A stretch of DNA of 64,000 bases from an uncultured Candidatus Rokubacteria bacterium (GCA_963805625.1 CAWDVE010000011.1:1-64000); one strand, 5' to 3'. Counted from the first letter of the stretch, positions 11,895 through 22,973 are shown. Notes: generated by a model from the letters alone, not told the origin. Program-made: numbers and translations.

Positions 11895-14800
11895 GCAACC
11901 CCGCTCCGAGCGCAAGACGCAGAACCGCGTCATCGCCCTGTTCACCGACCCGGCGCGGCCCGACAACCTCGGCTACCGCTACCTCGGCGAGTGGAACAAG
12001 CGGGAGAACAACCGCGCCATCGAGACGGCGCTCCTGCGCGACAACCTGACGGCCCGCGGCTACTCCGCCGCCCACATCTCCGCCGCCCTGCAGAAGCTGG
12101 AGACCGCCGCCGACTCGACGGGCATCACGCTCTACCAGGCCAACCTGCGCACCTACCAGCTCCTGCGCTACGGCGTGCCGGTGCAGATCGCCGCGGGCCA
12201 GGCGCACGAGACGGTGCACCTGATCGACTGGGAGCACCCGGAGAAGAACGACTTCGCGCTGGCCGAGGAGGTGACGCTGAAGGGCGGCTACGAGCGCCGG
12301 CCGGACATCGTGCTCTACCTCAACGGCCTCGCCATCGCGGTGATCGAGCTCAAGCGCAGCTCGGTGGAGCTGGCCGACGGCGTGCGGCAGCTCATCACCA
12401 ACCAGGAGGAGATCTTCAACAAGGGCTTCTTCAGCACCGTGCAGCTCGTGCTGGCGGGCAGCGACTCGCAGGGGCTGCGCTACGGCACCACCGGCACGCC
12501 GGAGCAGTTCTTCGTGGAGTGGAAGGACGAGGCGCGCGGCGATGCCGGCGCGGCACCCGCCGCCGGAGCGCTGCTCGACCGGCCGCTGGCGCAGCTGTGC
12601 AACAAGGCCCGGCTGCTCGACCTGATCCGCAACTTCATCATCTTCGACGCCGGCCAGAAGAAGGTGCCGCGGCCGCACCAGTTCTTCGGCGTGAAGGCCG
12701 CGCAGGAGCGCATCGCCAGGCGCGAGGGCGGCGTCATCTGGCACACCCAGGGCAGCGGCAAGAGCATCCTGATGGTGCTGATCGCCAAGTGGCTGCTGGA
12801 GCACGACCCCGACGCGCGCATCCTCGTCATCACCGACCGCGACGAGCTGGACAAGCAGATCGAGGGGGTGATGAAGAACGCCGGGGTCATCGGCGCCGAG
12901 TCGCCCTCGCCGCGCATCACGTCGCGGGCGGAGTTCGTGGAGAAGCTCGGGGCGGCCACGCCGCGCCTGCTGTGCGCGCTCATCCACAAGTTCGACGTGG
13001 CCGACCTGAAGGGCGAGCCGCCGCCGGTGCAGCGGGCGCTTCTACGTGTTCGTGGACGAGTGCCACCGCACCCAGGGCGGCGACATGAACAAGCAGATGA
13101 AGCGCTGGCTGGAGGGCGCGATCTTCATCGGCTTCACCGGCACGCCGCTCCTGCGCAAGGACAAGCTGATGACGCGGGACGTCTTCGGCACCTACATCCA
13201 CACCTACAAGTTCCACGAGGGCGTGGCCGACGGCGTCATCCTCGACCTCAAGTACGAGGCCCGCGACGTGCCGCAGCGGCTGACCTCGCAGGCCGCCATC
13301 GACAAGTGGTTCGAGCAGAAGACCAAGGGCCTCAACAACTTCCAGAAGGCGGTGCTGCGCAAGCGCTGGGCGACGATGGAGGAGCTGATGAGCGCCGGCG
13401 AGCGCAAGCAGCGCATCATCGCCGACATCATCGAGGACTTCAGCCTCAAGCCGCGCCTGAACAACGACCGCGGCACGGCGATCCTGGTCGCGGCGTCGAT
13501 CTACGACGCCTGCCACTACTTCCGGCTGCTCCAGAACACGAGCTTCGGCCCGTACTGCGGGATCATCACGTCGTACGAGCCGAACCACAACGCGATCTCG
13601 CGCGAGCCCGCCAACAGCGACGAGCGCTACAAGTTCGACACCTACACGCAGCACGTCCTCAAGAAGGGCCAGACCACCAAGCAGTACGAGGACGAGGCCA
13701 AGCGCCGCTTCATCGAGGAGCCGGCGAACATGAAGCTGCTGATCGTCGTCAGCAAGCTGCTGACCGGCTTCGATGCGCCGAGCTGCACGTACATCTACCT
13801 CGACAACGAGCTGCGCGACCACAACCTGTTCCAGGCCATCTGCCGCACCAACCGGCTCGACGGCGACGACAAGGACTACGGCCACATCGTCGACTTCAAG
13901 GAGCTGTTCGGCGAGGTGCAGGAGGCGATCGCCGTCTACAGCTCCGACGAGCTGGACACCGACGAGGGCAACGGCGGCGACAACAACGTCCACCTCAAGG
14001 ACTGGCTGGACGAGGGCAAGAAGAAGCTCGACGAGGCCCGCGAGGCGCTGCGCTACCTGTGCGAGCCGGTGCCGCTGCCGCGCGAGGTGGAGCAGTTCCT
14101 GCACTACTTCTGCGGCGACGCCGCCAACCCGAACGCGCTGAACGAGACCGAGGCGCTGCGGGTGTCGTTCTACAAGGCCGTGGCCGTCTTCGTCCGCGCC
14201 TTCGCCGCCATCGCGCAGGACCTCACCGAAGCCGGGTACTCCGACGCCGAGGCGGCCGCGCTGCAGAAGGAGGTCGAGTTCTACGGCGAGATCCGTTCCG
14301 CCATCAAGAAGCACTCGGGCGAGGAGCTCGACATCAAGCCCTACGAGGCGGACATGCGCCACCTCCTCAACACCTACATCCAGGCCGACCCGGCGGCCGA
14401 CCTGGGCGAGCTGGGCGAGATGTCGCTGACCGAGCTCATCATCGAGACCGGCATCCACGACGCCATCGCCAGGAAGCTCAACGAGAAGGGCAAGCTCTCG
14501 AGGAACGCCATCGCCGAAGGGATCATCAACAACGTCCGCAAGACCATCATCCGCGAGCAGCTCACCGACCCGCGGTTCTACGAGCAGATGTCGAAGCTGC
14601 TCGACGACCTCATCAAGCAGAGCCGGGCGGATGCCGCCGCGTACGAGGAGTTCCTGCGGAAGGCCGAGGCGCTGGTGAAGCGGCTGGCCGCGAAGCAGCC
14701 CGACGAGGGCGTACCCGCGGCGCTGCACGGCAAGCGGGAGGCGACGGTGATCTACAACAACCTGCCGCGGATTCTCGCGGCGGGGCGCGCCGAGGCTGCC

Positions 14801-15013
14801 GGAGTCGCTGAGCCCCACGCCGAATACGGGGATGAGCGCCTCAGGTTGGCCTTGGAGATCGACCGCGTGATGCGCGAGCGGGCTCCCGCGGGCTGGAAGG
14901 GCGACCAGGCGCGCGAGGCGCAGGTCCTGAATGCGCTGTTCCCGCTGCTCGACCGCGACCGCGAGGCGACCCTCGCGCTGTTCGAGCTCGTCAAGAACCA
15001 GCCGGGATACTGA
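11887..15013 (+). CDS. hsdR: Type I R-M restriction subunit HsdR (frameshift ~13035)
   Basis: [15 protein letters not shown] nuclease motif, [36 protein letters not shown]. Confidence 0.93.
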
Positions 15014-15730
15014 TGGCAGAGACGATCCAGCTCGGCGAGATCGCCATCGCCGTGACGCGCAAGGACGTCAAGCATGTCCACCTGTCGGTGCACCCGCCGA
15101 GCGGACGCGTCACGCTTGTCGCACCCAAGGGAACGCGCCCTGAGGTGGCCCGCGCCTATGCGGTATCCAAGCTCGGCTGGATCCGTGATCAGCAGGCGAA
15201 GCTGCGTGGGCAGGCGCGGGAGACACCCCGCCAGTTCGTCGAGCGTGAGAGCCATTACCTCTGGGGAAGGCGCTATCTGCTCTCTGTGAGGGAAGAGGAG
15301 GCGAAGCCCTCCGTCCGCCTCAGTCATCGCAACATCACGCTCACCGTGCGCCCCGGCAGCAGCAGGGCGAAGCGTGAGGCCGTCGATGCACGAGTGGCAC
15401 AAGTCCCTCCTGCACGACGCGGTGCCCGAACTGATCCGGAAGTGGGAGCCGAAGCTGGGCGTCGAGGTGGCCGGCTACTTCCTCCAGCGCATGAAGACCA
15501 AGTGGGGCGGCTGCAACCACCGGGCGCGGAACATCCGCCTGAACACCGAACTCGTGAAGAAGCCGAAGGACCTGCTCGAGTACGTGGTCGTCCACGAGAT
15601 GCTTCACCTGATCGAACCCACCCATAGCGAGCGGTTCGTGACACTGCTGAGCAAACACTACCCAGCATGGCGCGAGGCCAGGGCGGAGCTGAACGAGTTG
15701 CCGCTGGGTGCGGAGACGTGGAGGCTATAG
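15013..15730 (+). CDS. M48/YgjP-family zinc metallopeptidase (frameshift ~15385)
   Basis: MKTKWGGC, YVVVHEMLHL (HExxH); TGATG-coupled to hsdR. Confidence 0.88.
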
Positions 15731-15889
15731 GTCTGTGTCCAAGACGGGGAATTGGCGGGTCACGCGATGTGGAAAGGAAACTAGCTTGGCTCTCGGTTAC
15801 GTCGGATCTCGGAAATACCCCTTCGAAACCGACCGGACAGACCGGAGAGGCGGGCGCTTACTCGTCCTTGAATTGAAAGCCGAGCGCCG

Positions 15890-16300
15890 ATGAGATCGTT
15901 CATCTTCCTGTGTGACATGAGTACCGAGCAAGAGTGCCTCGATCGACATCTCTTCGGCACGAACCCAGGTGAGAATCACCAGCTTCACTACAGCAAGGTC
16001 GCCGTGGGTGACCGTCTCTTTCTGTACAACTTCGAGACTGGAATCCTCCGTGGTCCGTTCACTGCCTTGACACCGTGCACGTGTGGTCTGGAGCCTAAGG
16101 CGTGGAAGAAGACGCGGCGGAGCTTCCCGTGGCAAGTGCGCGTCGACCGCAGCGGCGTATCCCCCGTCACGTTGCGAGCTGACGACTTCGCAGCATTCAT
16201 CCCTCTGGCTCGAACGACGATCGGGCTCTTGCCTCCACCAGAGCTCACCGATGAGCAGGCCGCTCAACTACTGACCCTGTTGCATGCCTCTTCGTTATGA
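15890..16300 (+). CDS. Stand-alone DCD (development and cell death; PUA/EVE-like) domain protein
   Basis: FIFLC...ECLDRHLFG...GDRLFLYNF...LRGPFTA...EPKAW...FPWQVRV matches the DCD consensus pattern. Confidence 0.72.
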   Translation: MRSFIFLCDMSTEQECLDRHLFGTNPGENHQLHYSKVAVGDRLFLYNFETGILRGPFTALTPCTCGLEPKAWKKTRRSFPWQVRVDRSGVSPVTLRADDFAAFIPLARTTIGLLPPPELTDEQAAQLLTLLHASSL

Positions 16301-16394
16301 TGCGGCTGGCTCGTGCGAGCGGGACCAACCTGTAGGCGGTACGTTTATCTGCGCGGCGGCACCTGTAGATCGAATGGACGGCTCCCCGCGTTCG

Positions 16395-16590
16395 CTAGGT
16401 GGGCGCAAGCACGCCATGGTAGAGGAGCAAGTTGATCTCGGGCCGGGGCGTCAGCGCGGCGAGCTTCGCGAGGAACTCGAGGGGCTCGAACACGACGTGC
16501 GTCGTCCCATCGCGCCAGGCCGCCTTCAGCTTGACCACCACTCGCCCATCCGCCCGGAGCCGCACGCGGTCCTGGACCAGCGGGGGCGGT
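16395..16590 (-). mobile_element. IS91-family (Y2) transposase fragment
   Basis: PLVQDRVRLRADGRVVVKLKAAWRDGTTHVVFEPLEFLAKLAALTPRPEINLLLYHGVLAP. Confidence 0.85.
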
Positions 16591-16947
16591 CAATACATCA
16601 AGAAGGATCGAAACCACAGCAGCCTGGAGTTGACCTGCCATGTTGGATCCACACACCGAACTCGAGCCAGACACTTGTTCTGCTGGGAGAGACCACTCTC
16701 CGGAATGACGATTATTTCCAGAATGACGATGATGCCCGCGTGGAGGGGCCGTACAAGTATATCGTAATCGGCACACCATACTCAGTGCACTCGCCGTCGC
16801 ACGCTCGGTAGAGGAGAGCCCATGGCCAAGTTCGATCCTAGTCCGGCGTGAAGGGCGCGGACGGCAGCACCGGGCGGCCGCGCCGAGCCATCTCGATAGC
16901 CCGAAGCACTCTCAGCCCGATCCGTCCGCCGAGACTACGAATCGACC

Positions 16948-17793
16948 TCAAGTCGCGTCGCCACCGGGCTGCCGATAGTCGACCTCTATCGGGCAGTGAT
17001 CGCTCAGTCTCGCGAGTCGCGGGTCATGATGGTAGAGACAGCGCGCCGGCATCAGGCTGGCCGAGGAAAACACGTGATCGAATCGTCGCTGTGGGACCCG
17101 ACCCGTGAACGCCCAACTGAAGTCGGTGTTCTCGTACCCGTGTAGAGCGCGGTATGTGTCCCGCAGGTCGTATTCCGCCAGACGACAGAGGACTGACCGT
17201 TCGCCTGCATCCCATCTCTCCCCCGGTTGACCTCTAATCCTGCTGCGAACGTAGACCCTTCCGTTCTTTCGTACCCGCTGTCCCCAAGTGACCACGGTTC
17301 CATCCGGGAACTCTCTCTGAGGACTATTCAAGTCTCCGCATAGGATTCGCGGAAGGATGCTCGGGCGGGCCAGCCGGGCATGGATGCCCTCGAAGGTTTC
17401 AATCTTGATCCAGCCGTTCGTTGCCCCAGGCGGGACATGAACGGTGTGAATCTCAACCTCTTCGCCTCGAATTCGCACCTTGACCGAGAGCATCCGCTCG
17501 GGCCACACGAGGTCCGTTGGCTCATGTTCGAGAGGAGATGCCTGTGCACGCGCAGCGAGGAGGAGGCCGTATTTCCGAGGTCCCCTGCTGACGGTCACGC
17601 CCTGGCTGCGGTCGAATGTGTCGACCTGGTGGATGAAGCCCACCGCTTCCAGGGCTGCTCGCAGCTGATCCCTGGAAGCCGGGGTCACCTCTTGAAGTGC
17701 CACTACATCCGGTGATCGACTCTCCAACCACTCGACTTGTTTATCGGCACGGGTTCTCCGGCCAGCGGTATTCCAAGAGATGAGTCGCCACAC
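16948..17793 (-). CDS. Endonuclease/exonuclease/phosphatase (EEP) family protein
   Basis: ISWN, VALQE, CGDLNS, FDHVF, LSDHCP. Confidence 0.88.
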   Translation of the reverse strand: MWRLISWNTAGRRTRADKQVEWLESRSPDVVALQEVTPASRDQLRAALEAVGFIHQVDTFDRSQGVTVSRGPRKYGLLLAARAQASPLEHEPTDLVWPERMLSVKVRIRGEEVEIHTVHVPPGATNGWIKIETFEGIHARLARPSILPRILCGDLNSPQREFPDGTVVTWGQRVRKNGRVYVRSRIRGQPGERWDAGERSVLCRLAEYDLRDTYRALHGYENTDFSWAFTGRVPQRRFDHVFSSASLMPARCLYHHDPRLARLSDHCPIEVDYRQPGGDAT

Positions 17794-17951
17794 GAGCTGT
17801 CCTTTGCCTTAGCGATTTTAGCACCGGGTGAAGCTCTGTCTAAGGCCGGCTCTCTCCGGCCGGGCCTTCGCGCCATCCCGAGTCTCCTAGCAGCCGGAGG
17901 AGAATCGGTTGCTGAGCGGGTAGGCGTCAGCGGCTTGCCATAAGGCGCCAA

Positions 17952-18456
17952 CTAGGCGCCGAGGTCCTGCAACTCGCGAGTCGCGGTCTCAATCCGCTGA
18001 CGCAACCTTCCCAAACCTGGCCGCCATCCCGCGGCGTCCGCCTCCGCCTTCGCAATGTCACGTTCCAGCTGGCGGGCATCCGCTTCGTCGCGCGCGATGT
18101 GCTGGCGGAGCCTGAGCGGCCTGGTTGCGGATGGTGTCGATGGCCGCTGTCGCTGTCGTCACGTTGGCCTGTCGCCGTCGATGACGAGCTCCTGGGCGGC
18201 GATGTCCTTGCCCACCTCGGCCCGTTCGTGCTCGACGGCCGCCCGCTGTTCCTGAGCGGCTCGGATCGTTGCGCGGTCATCCGCCTGCTGCACGGTGGCC
18301 TGGAGCCGCTGGGCTTCCTGAGCCAGCTGTCGATCCTTGACCTGAAACGCGGCGAGTACGGTCTGTTCGTCGCGGACGGCACGCTCGGCCTCGGCGAGAG
18401 CTGCGCCTCGCCTTGGCCAGCGGGGTCTCGACGCTCTCTGTTCCTGTGGTGTCCAT
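17952..18456 (-). CDS. Coiled-coil protein, module copy A (frameshifted)
   Basis: Homologous to 56066-56584 (LAKAR, AAQ.LVI, GWR.GL motifs), spread over several frames. Confidence 0.65.
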
Positions 18457-19059
18457 CAATGATCTCCTCGCCTGGCTATGACCGGCGTGATCCGGTGGGC
18501 AAGGGCACGCCGGACCCCCAGCTCAATGCCGCGTCGAACGGCCTCCATCAGGTCGCGGGGCGGACCCATCGGAGCCAAGCCCAGGGCCTTGAGTTGCCGC
18601 GTGGCCTCGGCGTTGGCGGGAATGGCCACGAGCGAGATCTCCATGAGTTCCCACCGTCGATGGTCGTACCCTCGCGAGCTCATTGGGCGTGCTTTCGAGC
18701 GGCAGAAACCCGATCGACGCCGCCCGAATGATCCCCTGATCCCACGCGTTCTTGACACGGTCGGCAAACGGGTCGCCGGCCAGCCACCGCCACCGCGCCC
18801 GCAACCCGCGGCGCGGCTCCACGGTCAGCTGGGTCACGGTCCCGATCGGCAATGCGTAGGCATCGTGCCCCCACAGCAGGACGGGGTTACGCCGGAAGCG
18901 ATCCAGTTCAACGCCCTCGGGCAATATGCGATCCCCTTCGGAGTCGCGCCCCGATGTGCTCACCACCATCTCGGCCTCGGCGGTCTTCACGTCGCCAGGC
19001 ACGGTGGCCGTGACCGTATCGACCACGATCCGCTGCAGCAGGTCCGCTGTGGTGTTCAT
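18456..19059 (-). CDS. HK97-type prohead protease, copy A (frameshift ~18675)
   Basis: RDSEGD, NPVLLWGHD, ASIGF, ELMEISLVAIPAN. Confidence 0.88.
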
Positions 19060-19170
19060 CCCTTGGTCACCATCCTTTCGAGGACAGTTCGGTCGGGATG
19101 CGGCCGGAGGCTTGCGCGGAGTCCGAGGCTTCCGCGGCTTGCGTTTCGGTTTGTCGGGAGACTTCGGCAT
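19060..19170 (-). CDS. Small Lys/Arg/Pro-rich peptide, copy A (in frame with protease in this copy)
   Basis: MPKSPDKPKRKPRKPRTPRKPP after GAAAGGAG RBS; conserved in copy B. Confidence 0.55.
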
Positions 19171-19195
19171 CACGGATCGCTCCTTTCTCGCTGCG

Positions 19196-20710
19196 CTACC
19201 CAGTGGTCCAGCCACGGGCGGTCCACAGGGCGAAGCGTTGACGCTGCTCGAGTTCCGCCCACTCGTCGCGTGTCCGGACGGGGGCGGGGTCCGGGTTCAG
19301 GTCCAGGACGGCCATGGGCAGGCCCGAGGTGCGCCGCCGCGCGGCGAGGACCAGCGCCCCGGCGGCGGCATTGGCCAGGTCGTCGTGCGCTCCCGGCGGG
19401 TGGTCGATCGTGTCGCGGCCGGCCCGCCCTGTGCGGCGCTCCAAGCTGCAGAGCTGGGTCACCAAGCGCGGGTGGTCCAGCAGCGCGACCTGCTGCGAGG
19501 TGATGAGGGGCAGCAGGTCTCGGTACAGATCGGAGCGTGGGGTGTCGGCCACCTCGTAGGCGATGCCGTGCCGGCGGAATGCCTCGCGCGGCCACTCGCC
19601 CGCGTAGCGATCGCCGACGACGGTCGTGACCTGGTACGTCGACAACAGCCGGGCGAAGTCCTCGACCACCGCTTCGGGGCTGAACGGGGGCCGGTGCTCG
19701 GCGACGGCGTCGAGCACGACCCGTCGATCGTCGGAGTGCGTGATGGCGAGGGTCATCGCGTCGGCGGCCCCGCCCGACGGATCGACGAACGCGATGTACT
19801 GCACGTCCGACCGCGGGGCACGTTCGCGGCAGTCGACGTCGACGCAGGCGTCGATCGCCTCGCGCGTGAGGAATCCTTCGATGTCTCGTCGGAACTCCGC
19901 CCCGTACTCGGCGGCGGCCGCAGCTTCGTCAGCAGCATAGGCGGCCCGCACCACGGCCGCATCCAACTGGGGGTTCATGACCCGGGACGGCGCCTGCCAG
20001 ACCAGGACCGGGTCACCCTCCTGGCCGTAGTGCTGCCGATAGGCCTCCCACAGCGCCCCACGGCGCGCGTAGGGCGAGCTGATGCACAAGAGCAAGGCGC
20101 CCGGCACCGTGGCCATGGCGGGACGCAGGGCGGCGAGGATCTCGGTGTCAGGGTTGGCACTCTCGTCGGACCGCCAGAAGGCGATCTCGTCGCAGATCGC
20201 CGCGGCCACCGTGTACCCCCGCACGGCCCGGAAGGACGCCGTGTGCACCTCAATCGTGACGCGCGAGGTCAGGTGAATGGCTTCGGCGGTGCGGCGGTGA
20301 ATGAGGGGCCGCAAGAGCGGCGTGCTCTCGAAGAAGCCTGCGATGTAGCGGAGTACCACCCGGGCCTGGCGTCGATCGGCGGCAATGACCATCACGGTCG
20401 CTCGCTCGCCCGGAGCCAGCGACGAACGATAGTCCCGGAAGCAAGCGAGGTACACCGCCACGAGGGCGGCGATGCGGGACTTGCCGCCCCGGCGGCCCAC
20501 GGCCAACCACGCCTCGCGGGCCGGGGTGGCGGGCCACGTGCGGCGGCCCGTGTGGGCGCCGTACCGGTCGGCATCATCGGGCGCGGGCGGAAGCGCGAAG
20601 AGCGCCCGGAGTACAGTGCGCCAGGCCGTCCAAGTGTCTCGGGGCGCGAACGTGCCGGCGAACAGCTCTGGATCGTCCAGAATGTCGAGAATGGTCATGG
20701 CCATGGCCAC
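19196..20710 (-). CDS. Phage terminase large subunit, copy A
   Basis: Walker A GRRGGKS, Walker B AAICDE, coupling motif ISSP, nuclease motifs FVDPSGG and HDDLAN. Confidence 0.88.
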   Translation of the reverse strand: MAMAMTILDILDDPELFAGTFAPRDTWTAWRTVLRALFALPPAPDDADRYGAHTGRRTWPATPAREAWLAVGRRGGKSRIAALVAVYLACFRDYRSSLAPGERATVMVIAADRRQARVVLRYIAGFFESTPLLRPLIHRRTAEAIHLTSRVTIEVHTASFRAVRGYTVAAAICDEIAFWRSDESANPDTEILAALRPAMATVPGALLLCISSPYARRGALWEAYRQHYGQEGDPVLVWQAPSRVMNPQLDAAVVRAAYAADEAAAAAEYGAEFRRDIEGFLTREAIDACVDVDCRERAPRSDVQYIAFVDPSGGAADAMTLAITHSDDRRVVLDAVAEHRPPFSPEAVVEDFARLLSTYQVTTVVGDRYAGEWPREAFRRHGIAYEVADTPRSDLYRDLLPLITSQQVALLDHPRLVTQLCSLERRTGRAGRDTIDHPPGAHDDLANAAAGALVLAARRRTSGLPMAVLDLNPDPAPVRTRDEWAELEQRQRFALWTARGWTTG

Positions 20711-20978
20711 CCCCGACGCCCGGCTAGCCGGGCTCTCCCTACCTCTACATGGGTCTGTATGGCCACCCGGGGCGCGTGTAGGGCCGGTGCGTGGCCCCCC
20801 GCCAGCGGGGCCAGGCGCCCGCCCAGCGCGGCGGCGAGGCCGGGGGGGTTACAAACCCGCCGCGTTTGGTGGCCCGTGGCGCTATCCTCATGGCGACCCG
20901 CGGCTTGACCCAAGAGCCGATCACCGTTCCACGGAACTCGGGGGAACTCCATGAAGCTGAAGCACGGGGGCTGATCCG

Positions 20979-21614
20979 ATGAGCGCTGGCTCCTCCACTC
21001 CGCTATTTGCTGCGCCCATTGCCGCGCCGGTCGAGTCACTGCCTCAGACGCTTCCGGCTTTGCTCGACGACGTATGGAGGCGCATCGTTGCAGGTCTGAA
21101 CGGTCGTTGGCCACCCTGGGCGCTACCAATGCTCGCCACGCTGTCGCCGCACGGGCCGCGTGCCCGGGTCCTCGCGTTGCGCAGCGTCGATCCCGCCGAG
21201 CGACTGTTCGTCTTCCACACCGACGCCCGCTCCGACAAGGTGCGAGAGTTGAGAGCGGATGGTCGCGTATCGGTGGTCTTCTGGGATCCTGGAGATGCGA
21301 TAGAGGCACGCTTTACCGGAACGGCGAGCGTGCATTGTCGAGACCACGTCGCGCGCGAGGCGTGGCAACAGGTTTCGCTGCTTCGTCGCATGGCCAGCGC
21401 GATCGAATACGCGCCTGGCGCCGTGCTCTCCGCGCCGTCGCGCTTTGATGCGCTTCCTACCACGGCCGACGACGATGTTGCGCTGAGTCATTTCGCGGTC
21501 GTGCTTATCCGCGCGACTGCGCTGGACTGGTTCTGGCTCGGCCCGGGCGATATGCGCCGCGCCTTCATCCATTGGACCGACTCCGGACCCTCCGCCGAAT
21601 GGGTCGTGCCATGA
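20979..21614 (+). CDS. Pyridoxamine 5'-phosphate oxidase-family FMN-binding protein
   Basis: LATL...PRARVLALR...FHTDARSDK; close paralogue at 44983-45615. Confidence 0.85.
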   Translation: MSAGSSTPLFAAPIAAPVESLPQTLPALLDDVWRRIVAGLNGRWPPWALPMLATLSPHGPRARVLALRSVDPAERLFVFHTDARSDKVRELRADGRVSVVFWDPGDAIEARFTGTASVHCRDHVAREAWQQVSLLRRMASAIEYAPGAVLSAPSRFDALPTTADDDVALSHFAVVLIRATALDWFWLGPGDMRRAFIHWTDSGPSAEWVVP

Positions 21615-21805
21615 GCATGTTCCATGGCGGCGCATGGCGCAGCACTCCTGCGCGTGTGCCCAGCTCCTTAGCCGGTTCTTAGCCGTTTGCATCCGGGGGC
21701 ACCCGGGGTTATCGGGGTAGGGTGGGCCCCCGGGGGCGGGCGTAAGTAGCGGCAGTGCCGCGGATTGCCGCGGATAGCCCCGCGTCGCGGGGCGCGGACG
21801 TGGGC

Positions 21806-21861
21806 CCTTAAAATCCGCTACGTCGCAAGATGTGCGCGGGTTCGACCCCCTCCCCCAGTAC
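21806..21861 (+). pseudogene. Degenerate 3' half of tRNA-Leu(TAA) (att-site relic)
   Basis: CTTAAAATCC anticodon arm, long variable arm ACGTC-GCAA-GATGT, GGGTTCGACCCC T-arm; no 5' half. Confidence 0.6.
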
Positions 21862-21903
21862 GAACTATCGCCGTCACTCACGACCCTGGCGGTCATGGTG
21901 CAA

Positions 21904-22293
21904 TCAACCCTCGAGCGCCCGCACTAGATGGCGCGATACCGTTGCGGGGCTGGTTAGGTTGAGTGTCTGGCTGACCTGGTCGGTGCCCGCGCGGGCGGTT
22001 GGGGTGGATGGGGTGGTTGCCGGGGGTATGGGGACCGGCCCAAGCCCGGCACACGGCACCGCGCCCCGTTGGCGTGATGGGGCGCCCCCTGCGGGCCCCT
22101 GGGGGGTCTCCCTTGTCTCCACGTAGCGGCCCGGGCACCACCCCCGTGCGGCACGAGCGTAGACAAGTAGAGAGGGCGCCTTGGCGCCCAGGTGGGGCAC
22201 GTAGCGCCGCCGTGGCCCGGCTGGCACGGCGGACATGCCAGTTAACCCGTTAACGGCCCTAACCGGCGGCAACGCCTCATGCCGTGTGTTCAC
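21904..22293 (-). CDS. Hypothetical Pro/Gly-rich protein between TerS-like gene and TerL, copy A
   Basis: GTGA overlap with upstream gene; homologue at 58802-59173 with frame-preserving indels. Confidence 0.45.
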   Translation of the reverse strand: MNTRHEALPPVRAVNGLTGMSAVPAGPRRRYVPHLGAKAPSLLVYARAARGWCPGRYVETRETPQGPAGGAPSRQRGAVPCAGLGPVPIPPATTPSTPTARAGTDQVSQTLNLTSPATVSRHLVRALEG

Positions 22294-22874
22294 GGCGAGG
22301 GACTCTCTGATTCGGAATCGCGTGACGTTGTCGTGTGCGCGAGAGACGCATCCCGGGAGCGTCCGGTTGGACTAGTGTCGGACGCGGTTCGATGCAAGAG
22401 ATATTCGCGCAGGTCCAGAGGCGCCGACGTGCGGCGTTCCAGACCCAACTGCCCGAGCAGCCGAGCGAGACTTTCGGCGAGGCGTTGACGTTGCTCCACG
22501 AGAGGCAGGAGTCGACCTCGAAGCCGAGCGCGCTTGATGATCAGCGTTGGCTGTGACATCAGAAATGCGTCTACGTGATCGAGGTAGAGCCGCGTGCGTA
22601 CGGCCATGTCCACCAGAGCGAGTCGGGCTGCCGAGATGGAGGGCTCGCCGCCGAGGTCGTCGAGCAACTCGCGACGGAAGTCGAGTAGGGTGCGTGCCGC
22701 CGTGGTGCGGCGGTCGATGGCGGCCAACCCCCGCACGGTCACGCGGCTTTTCAGGGCCCGTAGCCCCGTACGGGTACGGGCGGGTCCCCCCGGGGTACCG
22801 CCCGTAGCGCGGGTTTTGCGCTTTGTGGGCTCGGGGTTAGCACCTACGGGGGTGCTGGCGGGTGGGTTCGGCAT
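22290..22874 (-). CDS. Putative terminase small subunit-like protein, copy A
   Basis: IDRRTTAAR...DLGG...SAARLALV helical core; position upstream of TerL. Function inferred from position. Confidence 0.6.
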   Translation of the reverse strand: MPNPPASTPVGANPEPTKRKTRATGGTPGGPARTRTGLRALKSRVTVRGLAAIDRRTTAARTLLDFRRELLDDLGGEPSISAARLALVDMAVRTRLYLDHVDAFLMSQPTLIIKRARLRGRLLPLVEQRQRLAESLARLLGQLGLERRTSAPLDLREYLLHRTASDTSPTGRSRDASLAHTTTSRDSESESPSP

Positions 22875-22927
22875 GTTAGGCCGCCTTCACCCGCCCCCGT
22901 AGGGGTACGGTCAAGCTAAAGCGGGCG

Positions 22928-22973
22928 TGGCTCCAACGGGATTCGAACCCGTGTTTCAGCCTTGAGAGGGCCG
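22928..22973 (-). repeat. att site: 46-bp exact duplicate of the 3' part of tRNA-Glu(CTC)
   Basis: TGGCTCCAACGGGATTCGAACCCGTGTTTCAGCCTTGAGAGGGCCG identical to 59808-59853. Confidence 0.95.

Noticed and set aside
8636-14818. Long minus-strand ORFs (8636-10567, 11677-12987, 12980-14818) and similar shadows opposite the cyclase, kinase and TerL
   Set aside because: Antisense shadows of high-GC3 genes with no domain motifs.
8113-15730. Programmed frameshifting or phase variation in hsdM, hsdR and M48
   Set aside because: Breaks are not at slippery or repeat tracts, and the same pattern affects ppsA, hydD and IS256. Sequencing indels are the simpler explanation.
17952-22874. Complete prophage
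   Set aside because: No capsid, portal, tail, lysis, replication or repressor genes recognisable nearby.
22928-22973. Second functional tRNA-Glu
   Set aside because: The 5' acceptor strand and D-arm are absent; it is an att duplicate.
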